Shown here piece by piece: positions 56,449-64,000 of a stretch of 64,000 nt of DNA. The first letter of the stretch is position 1, and every line of letters starts with the position of its first letter. Origin of the DNA: an uncultured Candidatus Rokubacteria bacterium (GTDB lineage Bacteria > Methylomirabilota > Methylomirabilia > Rokubacteriales > CSP1-6); contig CAVVEU010000008.1 in assembly GCA_963747235.1 (NCBI GenBank), positions 384,001 to 448,000 on the forward strand, given 5' to 3'. Both the position numbers and the translations under genes were made by a program. Below the pieces are notes generated by a model. The model saw nothing but the letters and a program-made list of their open reading frames with translations, had not been told where the DNA came from and did not search any database.

Positions 56449-56602
56449 GGCGCCGCTCCTGGAGCCGGCAGGGCGATACTCCCCGGGCGGGCGCGCGCGG
56501 TCAAGGCATGCGCGGCCCGGATTGCGCGGCGGGGGCGCCTTGATCTATCCTCGATCACCGCCGGCGCGGGTCGGCACACTCCGTTCAAGGGGGCACGGGA
56601 CC

Positions 56603-58150
56603 ATGATCGTTCCGCTCACGCTGGCCGACTTTCTCGAGCGCGCCGAGCTCGTCTACGGCGCACCGCGAGGCGGTCGTCGACGAGCCGAATCCGCCCGGCG
56701 GCGGCCTCGGCCGCATCACCTACGCGCAGTTCGCCGCGATGGCGCGCAGCCTCGCCGCCGCGCTCGACGATCTCGGCGTCGGCGGAGAACGAGCGCGTCG
56801 CGATCGTCTCGCCGAACGCGGCGCGCTTCCTCGTCAGCCTGTTCGGCGTCAGCGTGTTCGGGCGCGTCCTGGTGCCGGTGAACTTCCGGCTGAACGCCGA
56901 GGAGATCCGCTACATCATCGAGCACTCCGGCTCCTCGGTGCTGCTCGTCGACCCCGAGCTCGACGAGTCGCTGCGCGACATCACGGTGAAGCACCGCTTC
57001 GTGCTCGGGCAGCGGCACCGACCCGCAGCTCTTCCGCGCCAGGGCGCGACGCCGCGCCTGCGGGTCACCGACGAGAACGCCACGCGTGTCCATCAACTAC
57101 ACGTCGGGCACCACCGCGCGGCCCAAGGGCGTGCAGCTCACCCACCGCAACTGCTGGCTCAACGCGGTCACCTTCGGCTGGCACCTGGGCGTCACCGACC
57201 GCGACGTGTACCTCCACACGCTGCCCACCTTCCACTGCAACGGCTGGGGCATGCCCTACGCGGTCACCGCGATGGGCGTCCGCCAGGTCATCATCCGCAA
57301 GATCGACGGCGAGGAGATCCTGCGCCGCGTGGAGAGCGAGGGCGTGACGCTCTTCAACGGCGCGCCGGCGGTGATCGCGGCCGTGCTCGACGCGGCCGCG
57401 GCCCGCCGCGCGCAAGGGCGAGGCGGTGCCGGGCGCGGGGCGCGTGCGCATGGTCGTCGCCGGGGCGCCGCCGCCGTCGAAGACCATCGAGCGCGTCGAG
57501 ACCGAGCTCGGCTGGGAGTTCATCCAGATCTACGGCCTCACCGAGACCTCGCCGCTGCTCACCATCAACCGCGCGCCCGCGGAGTGGGACGGGCTCGACC
57601 CGGCCGAGCGCGCGCAGCGGCTCGTCGCGCGCGGGCGTGCCCGCGGTCGGCGTGCGCATGGCGCGTCGACGCGGAGGGCGAGGTGCTCGCGCGCTCCAAC
57701 CACGTGTTCGACGGCTACTGGAACCAGCCCGAGGAGACGGCCAAGGCCATCGTGGACGGCTGGTTCCACACCGGCGACGGCGGCTACATCGACGGCGCCT
57801 TCATCGTGATCACGCGACCGCAAGAAGGACGTGATCATCACCGGCGGCGAGAACGTCTCGTCGATCGAGGTGGAGGACTGCCTCTTCCAGCACCCGGCGG
57901 TGGCCGAGGTCGCGGTGATCGGCGTGCCCGACGAGAAGTGGGGCGAGACGATCAAGGCGCTCGTGGTGCTGCGCCCGGGCGCGCCGGCGACCGAGCGGGA
58001 CCTGATCGAGCACTGCCGGAGCCGCATGGCCCACTTCAAGTGCCCGACCTCGGTCGAGTTCCGCGACGCGCTCGTCCGCACCGCCACCGGCAAGCTCCAG
58101 AAGTTCAAGCTCCGCGAGCCCTACTGGGCCGGCCGCACGCCGCAGGGTGA
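56603..58150 (+). CDS. Acyl-CoA synthetase (AMP-binding), frameshifted
   Basis: YTSGTTARPKG, FHCNGWG, YGLTET, WFHTGD, GGENVSS, TATGKLQK. Confidence 0.92.
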
Positions 58151-58344
58151 ACTGAGCGCCTGGCGGGATCAGCTCGGGGCAAGAAGGCGCTTGACACCGC
58201 AGGCTTCGTCCTTCGGGCGGGATATGTTTCACGGGCGAATGCAGAATCAGGGCAACGCGGGAGCGGCAAGGAGAGACGGCCACCATTCGAATGACGTGAG
58301 GGAAAGCCGATGCCGGTCGGGGTCGGGCTCACCACGGCGGTTCG

Positions 58345-58654
58345 ATGAAGACCATCGCCCGGCTTCCGCTGGCCCAGCTCGAGGCGAGCGAGGAGCACGT
58401 CGAGGCGTTCAAGGCCCTGGCCCATCTCACCCGGCTCCAGGTGTTCTTCTTCCTGGTGCGCGCGGGCAAGGAGATGTCGGTCGGCGAGATCCAGGCCGAG
58501 GTCGAGATTCCCGGGCCCGACCCTGTCGCACCACCTGGACCTGCTCCGGCGGGCCGGCCTGGTCGAGAGCCGCAAGGAAGAGCGGTACGTCTACTATTCC
58601 GTGAAGCGGGACGTGGTGACGGCGCTCGTGCGCCTGCTCACCGCGTGCTGCTAG
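58345..58654 (+). CDS. arsR: ArsR repressor, C-terminal CC type
   Basis: FKALAHLTRLQVF, LSHHLDLL, ends LLTACC-TAG; one indel. Confidence 0.9.
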
Positions 58655-58665
58655 AGGAGAATGCC

Positions 58666-59109
58666 ATGAGCGCGAAGGTCCATCTCCACCTGCACGTGTC
58701 GGACCTGGCCAAGAGCCGGGAGTTCTACGAGAAGTTCCTCGGGACGGGGCCGGTCAAGGTGAAGGACGGGTACGTCAAGTTCCTGCCCGACTGGGCGCCC
58801 GTCAACCTGGCCCTCTCCGGCGGCGGCGCGGCCGGCGCGGGCACGATCGATCACGTCGGCGTGCAGGTCGCCGCGGTGACTACCGTGATGGCCGAGCTGG
58901 CGCGCGTCAAGGCGGCCGGCCTGCCGGTGCGGGAGGAGATGGGCGTCGACTGCTGCCACGCGAACCAGGACAAGTTCTGGGTCCAGGACCCGGACGGCGT
59001 GGAGTGGGAGGTCTATCACCTCAACTACGACCTGGAGAACGAGGTGACCGCGCCTCGCGCCACCGGACTGTCGCTGGCCAAGGGCGGCGGGTCCTGCTGC
59101 GCGTCGTGA
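58666..59109 (+). CDS. arsI: ArsI/CadI VOC metalloenzyme (putative C-As lyase)
   Basis: HLHLHV, YVKF, VNLAL, DHVG, DCCHANQDKFWVQDPDG.WE, C-terminal CC. Confidence 0.8.
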   Translation: MSAKVHLHLHVSDLAKSREFYEKFLGTGPVKVKDGYVKFLPDWAPVNLALSGGGAAGAGTIDHVGVQVAAVTTVMAELARVKAAGLPVREEMGVDCCHANQDKFWVQDPDGVEWEVYHLNYDLENEVTAPRATGLSLAKGGGSCCAS

Positions 59110-59120
59110 GGAGATGACCC

Positions 59121-59937
59121 ATGAGCGACGACATCAAGGAGATCGTGAAGGAGAAGTACGCGCGGGCCGCGCTCCGGGTGACCGCGGTCGGCGGCGCGTC
59201 CTGCTGCGGCTCGGCGTCCTCTCGCGGCGAGTGCGATCCGATCACCTCGGGGATCTACGCGGAGAGTGACACGTCCGCGTTGCCGGCCGAGGCCCGCGCC
59301 GCCTCGCTCGGCTGCGGGAACCCGACCGCGCTGGCCGAGCTCAAGCCCGGCGAGACCGTGCTCGATCTCGGATCGGGAGGCGGCATCGACGTGCTCCTGT
59401 CCGCCGGCCGCGTCGGACCGACGGGCAAGGCGTACGGTCTCGACATGACCGACGAGATGCTGGCCCTCGCGCGCGAGAACCAGCGGAAGGCGGGCGCGAC
59501 CAACGTGGAGTTCCTCAAGGGGGAGATCGAGCAGATCCCGCTTCCCGCGAGCTCGGTGGACGTCATCATCTCCAACTGCGTGATCAATCTCTCGGCCGAC
59601 AAGGATCGCGTCCTGGCCGAGGCGTTCCGGGTGCTGAAGCCGGGCGGGCGTCTGGCGGTGTCGGACGTGGTCGTGCGCGGCGAGGTTCCCGCGGAGATCC
59701 GGCGGAGCGTCGAGCTGTGGATCGGCTGCGTGGCCGGTGCCCTGGAGGAGCGGGAGTATCGCGACAAGCTCGCCGCGCGCGGGGTTCGAGGGGATCGGCC
59801 TGGAGCCGACCCGGGTCTATCGGGTGGAGGAGGCCCGGGACTTTCTGACCGGAGCCGGGCTCGACGTCGACGCCATCGCGCCCCAGGTCGGCGACAAGTT
59901 CATGAGCGCATTCGTCCGCGCCCGCAAGCCCGCGTAG
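59121..59937 (+). CDS. arsM: Arsenite methyltransferase
   Basis: [38 protein letters not shown]; indel near 59780. Confidence 0.95.
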
Positions 59938-59951
59938 CGTGTCTCCGGCTG

Positions 59952-60610
59952 GTGAGCGAGCGAGCCTCGGCCGGCGGGTGGCCGCGGAGGCGGTCGGCAC
60001 CGCGCTGCTCCTCGCCGCGGTGGTGGGGTCGGGGATCATGGGCGAGCGCCTCGCGGGCGGCAACGTCGCGGTCGCGCTGCTCGCCAACACGATCGCGACC
60101 GGCGCCGCGCTGGTGGCGCTGATCCTGACCTTCGGGCCGATCTCGGGCGCCCACTTCAACCCGGCGGTGACGCTGGCCGACGCGGCGCAGGGCGGCTTCG
60201 CGTGGGCGGACGTGCCGCCGTACGTCGCGGCCCAGGTCGTGGGCGCCTTCGCCGGCGTCGCCGCCGCGCACGTGATGTTCGAGCTGCCGCTCTTCTTCGC
60301 GTCGCAGCACGTGCGCGCAGGGCCCGCCCAGATGTTCAGCGAGTTCGTCGCGACGTTCGGACTGCTCGCGGTCATCTGGGGCTGCGCGCGCGGGTGGCCG
60401 GCCGTGGTGGTGCCCTTCGCGGTGGCGGGCTACATCACGGCGGCGTACTGGTTCACCGCGTCCACGTCGTTCGCCAATCCCGCGGTCACGCTGGCGCGAT
60501 CGGCCAGCGACACGTTCGCGGGGATCCGGCCCGCGGACGCGCCCGGCTTCATCGTGGCGCAGCTCCTCGGGGCGGCGGCGGCGACCGGGCTGTTCCGGTG
60601 GCTCCGATGA
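59952..60610 (+). CDS. MIP/aquaporin arsenite channel (AqpS-like)
   Basis: [33 protein letters not shown]. Confidence 0.92.
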
Positions 60611-61107
60611 CGGCCGCTCCGCGACGCAGCGCTGGCGACGCCGGCCGACGCGGCGGCCATCACCGCGATCTACAACGAGGGGATCGCCGACCGGGTCGCG
60701 ACCTTCGAGACCGAGCCGCGGACGGCGGCCCAGATCGCGCAGCAGCTCGCGGACAAGGGTGACCGGTTTCCGACCGTGGTGGTCGGAGCGGGACGGGCAG
60801 GTGGTCGCGTACTGCGGGCGCGGGCGCGTACCGGAGCCGTCCCGCCTACGCGGGCGTCGCCGAGCACTCGGTCTACGTGGCGCGCGCCGCGCGGGGCACC
60901 GGCGCGGGCCGAGCGGCGCTGGACGCGATGTGCCGGGCGTACGCCGAGCGCGGCTTCTGGAAGATCGTCTCCCGGATCTTCCCGGAGAACACCGCGAGCC
61001 TCCGCCTCCACGAGCGGTGCGGCTTCCGGGTGGTCGGCGTCTACCAGCGGCACGGCAAGCTCGACGGCGAGTGGCGCGACTGCGTGATCGTGGAGCGGCT
61101 GCTCTGA
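60607..61107 (+). CDS. arsN1: Arsinothricin N-acetyltransferase ArsN1 (GNAT, Pat-like)
   Basis: IYNEGIADRVATFET, VAEHSVYV, WKIVSRIFPEN, RHGKLDGEWRD; indels. Confidence 0.85.
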
Positions 61108-61108
61108 C

Positions 61109-61525
61109 ATGAGCCGGCCGCGCGTCCTGTTCCTCTGCACGCACAACTCGGCCCGGAGCCAGATGGCCGAGGGCTTCCTCCGCGCGATGGCGGGCGACCG
61201 CTTCGAGGCCGGGAGCGCGGGGACCGAGAAGACCTCGGTCAATCCGCTGGCGATCCGGGCCATGGCCGAGCTCGGCATCGACCTCGGCGGGCATGCGTCG
61301 AAGCTGTACGAGGACGTGGCCTCGGAGTCCTGGGACTACCTCATCACGGTCTGCGACGACGCGAACGAGCGCTGCCCCTGGGTGCCCGGCTCCGTGCAGC
61401 GCCTGCACTGGTCGTTCCCCGATCCGTCGCGCGCGACCGGGACCGAGGAGGAGCGTCTCGCGGTCTTCCGCCGGGTGCGCGACCAGATCGAGGAGCGCCT
61501 GACCGACTGGCTCGGCGGCCGGTGA
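61109..61525 (+). CDS. arsC: Arsenate reductase (LMW-PTP fold)
   Basis: CTHNSARSQMAEG, VCDDANERCP, HWSFPDP, FRRVRDQI. Confidence 0.95.
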   Translation: MSRPRVLFLCTHNSARSQMAEGFLRAMAGDRFEAGSAGTEKTSVNPLAIRAMAELGIDLGGHASKLYEDVASESWDYLITVCDDANERCPWVPGSVQRLHWSFPDPSRATGTEEERLAVFRRVRDQIEERLTDWLGGR

Positions 61526-62765
61526 CGCCCGCCCGGCTCGTCGCCTGCGTCTGCGTCGCGCAGGTGTGCGCCCAGATCGGGGCCTACACGTGGCCGGCGC
61601 TGCTGCCGGGCTTCCTCGCCGAGTGGCAGCTCACCAACCGGGAGGCGGGCTGGATCACCGGGATCTTCTACGCGGCCTACACGGTGTCGGTGCCCGTCCT
61701 CGTCACGCTCACCGACCGCGTGGACGCGCGCGCCGTCTACCTGAGCGGCGTGGCCCTCACGGTGGCGAGCCACCTGGGCTTCGCCGTCTTCGTGGACGGG
61801 CCGTGGAGCGCGGCCGCGGCGCGGGCGCTGGCCGGCATCGGCTGGGCCGGCACCTACATGACCGGCCTCAAGCTGCTGGCCGACCGGGTGGAGCCCGTGC
61901 TCATGTCGCGCGCGGTGGCCGGCCACGCCGCCAGCATCGGCATCGCGGGCGCGATCTCGTTCGTGTTCGCGGGCACGATCGGCCGATGGCTCGGCTGGCG
62001 CGGCGCCTTCGCGGCCGCCGGGGTCGCCGCGATCGTCGCCTGGCTGATCGTGTTCGTCTGGGCGCCGGCGCGGGAGCGCCGCCCGGCCACCGCGGCCTCC
62101 GGGGCGCTCTTCGATTTCCGGCCGGTGCTCCGCAACCGCTCGGCCATGGCCTACGCCGTCGCCTACTGCGCGCATACGTGGGAGATGAACGCCCTGCGCG
62201 GCTGGGCGGTCGCGTTCCTGGCCTACGTGGCGGCGCGACCGGCGACCGCAGCCCCTGGCTCGGGCCCACCGCGGTGGTGATGATCATGGGGCTCGTCGGC
62301 ACGTGGGCGAGCGTGGCCGGCAACGAAGCCGCCATCCGCATGGGCCGGCCCCGGCTCGTGCGCCTGGCCATGACCGCGTGCGTGGTGTGCGCGGCCGGCA
62401 TCGGCTTCCTCGGCGCCCGCTCGTACACGGTGGCGGCGGCCCTCGTGCTCCTCTACGGGCTGCTGATCTGGCTCGACTCCTCCTCGCTCACCGCGGGCGC
62501 CGCGGGCAGCGCGGACCCCGAGCGGCGCGGCGCCACGCTGGCGCTGCACTCGATGGCGGGCTACGCGGGCGGAGCCGTCGGGCCCATCGTGATCGGCTGG
62601 ATCCTCGATCTGAGCGGCGGCATGTCGCCCATGGGCTGGGGCTGGGCCTTCCTGCACGTCGCGGTGATCGCGCTGCTGGGGCAGGTGGCCTTCGTGCTCC
62701 TGGGGCCGCGCGATCTGGCCGGGGACCGGCGCAGCGCCTCCGGCCGCACCACCGATCGCGCTTGA
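61522..62765 (+). CDS. MFS transporter coupled to arsC
   Basis: GTGA overlap; LTDRVDAR, GTYMTGLK, AHTWEM, DSSSLTAG; indel near 62240. Confidence 0.85.
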
Positions 62766-62832
62766 CGAGGCCGCCCGGTCCGGTGGAGCATCGGGTGCCG
62801 CGCGCAACGACGCGCCCAGGAGGCTGCCCCCC

Positions 62833-64000
62833 ATGCTCACGCGCCGTGAGTTTCTCGCCGCCACCACCGCCGCCGCGGCTCTGGCCGCCGCGCCGTCGGG
62901 CGTAGCCGCCCAGACCCCCAAGCGCGGCGGCACCCTGTCCGTCCGGGCCTGGGATCCGCCGCACTTCGACCACAGCCTGGTGCACGCCTACAAGACGCAC
63001 GTGGTGGTCTCCTTCACCCACAGCCGGCTCCTGAAGCATCGGGCCGGCCCCGGCGTCCGGCCGGGCTCGCTGGTCCTGGAAGGCGATCTGGCCGAGTCCT
63101 GGACGCAGCCGAGCGACACCACCTACGTCTTCAAGCTGCGCCGGGGCGTGCGCTTCCACGCCAAGCCGCCGGTGAACGGCCGGGAGCTCACCGCGGAGGA
63201 CGTGAAGTACACGTTCGAGCGCATGCTCACCGAGACCGGGAGCAACGCCTCGATGTACCGCTCGATCGCCAGGATCGAGGCGGTGGACCGCTACACGGTC
63301 CGGTTCACGCTCTCGGAGCCCTTCGCGTGGTTCCTCGACATGGTGGCGAGCCCGATGGCGGGCGGCATCGTGGCCCGGGAGTGCGTGGAGAAGTTCGGCG
63401 ACCTCAAGAAGCCGGAGGCGGTGATCGGCACCGGCCCCTGGATGCTCGAGAGCTACAAGCCGAACGTGTCCATCACCCTGGTGCGCAACCCCGCCTACTT
63501 CGTGGCCGGCCTGCCGTACATCGACCGGGTCGAGCTGATGGTGGACGAGGACAATGCCTCGCGCATGGCCGCGTTTCTCTCGGGCCGGTACGACCTCGGC
63601 TGGGAGTTCCCGGGAACCATCAACCGGACGGACTGGGTGGCCATCAAGGATCGGCTCCGCCAGACGCGGCCCTCGCTGCGGACGGCCGAGTTCGCGTCGA
63701 ACGTGGTGAACGATTTCGCGATGCGGACGGATCAGAAGCCGTGGAGCGACGCGCGGGTGCGCCAGGCGGTGTCGCTGGCCCTGAACCGGCGCGAGATCAT
63801 CGACGCGACGCTCGAGGGCGTAGGGCGTCGTCAACGGGCCGATGGCCGCCGCGCTCACCGACTGGGCCCTGCCCATCGACCAGCTCGGCGAGGGCGCGCG
63901 CTACTACCGGCACGATCCGGCGGAGGCCAAGCGGCTGCTCGCGGCCGCGGGCTACCCGAACGGTTTCCCGGCCAGCATCTGCTTCAACTCCTACGGCTCC
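62833..64000 (+). CDS. Family 5 ABC substrate-binding protein with Tat signal (3' partial)
   Basis: MLTRREFL, PKRGGTL, GDLAESW, LRRGVRFH, IGTGPW, GLPYID. Confidence 0.92.
   Translation, partial: MLTRREFLAATTAAAALAAAPSGVAAQTPKRGGTLSVRAWDPPHFDHSLVHAYKTHVVVSFTHSRLLKHRAGPGVRPGSLVLEGDLAESWTQPSDTTYVFKLRRGVRFHAKPPVNGRELTAEDVKYTFERMLTETGSNASMYRSIARIEAVDRYTVRFTLSEPFAWFLDMVASPMAGGIVARECVEKFGDLKKPEAVIGTGPWMLESYKPNVSITLVRNPAYFVAGLPYIDRVELMVDEDNASRMAAFLSGRYDLGWEFPGTINRTDWVAIKDRLRQTRPSLRTAEFASNVVNDFAMRTDQKPWSDARVRQAVSLALNRREIIDATLEGVGRRQRADGRRAHRLGPAHRPARRGRALLPARSGGGQAAARGRGLPERFPGQHLLQLLRL

Noticed and set aside
58151-58357. TTGACA at 58191 as arsR promoter, structured leader, and CGATG-N5-CATCG at the start codon
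   Set aside because: No correctly spaced -10; the palindromes are too short to call.
59107-59109. TGA after CCAS in the VOC protein as selenocysteine
   Set aside because: It is followed directly by the arsM SD and start; a normal stop.

Overview
Very GC-rich (roughly 70%+, judged by eye), densely coding bacterial chromosomal segment. Gene style suggests an uncultured soil lineage such as Ca. Rokubacteria/Methylomirabilota (inference, not verified). Many genes are split by single-base indels that cluster in patches, most likely long-read assembly errors, so several gene ends are approximate. Left part: housekeeping genes (thiI, beta-CASP nuclease, rpiB-glyA-nrdR, tsaB-rimI-meaB, FadF-like Fe-S protein). 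Middle: transporters, a truncated peptide-type ABC operon, htpG, an encapsulated ferritin + family 1 encapsulin pair, a Crp/Fnr regulator, groES-groEL and a hybrid kinase. Right part: a redox/metal/sulfur block (DUF411/CopG, cNMP-thioredoxin reductase, persulfide dioxygenase-rhodanese fusion, CopA) and an extended arsenic operon (arsR, VOC/arsI, arsM, aquaporin, arsN1, arsC, MFS). No rRNA, tRNA, CRISPR array or transposase was seen. Best novel candidates: (1) a Tat-exported DUF411/CopG protein whose CxCC motif reads UGA-G-C-C, followed directly by a SECIS-like hairpin, i.e. a probable selenoprotein; (2) a complete stand-alone transcription unit encoding the 13-aa peptide MAKKKAAKKKKKK, with a possible NrdR box upstream.
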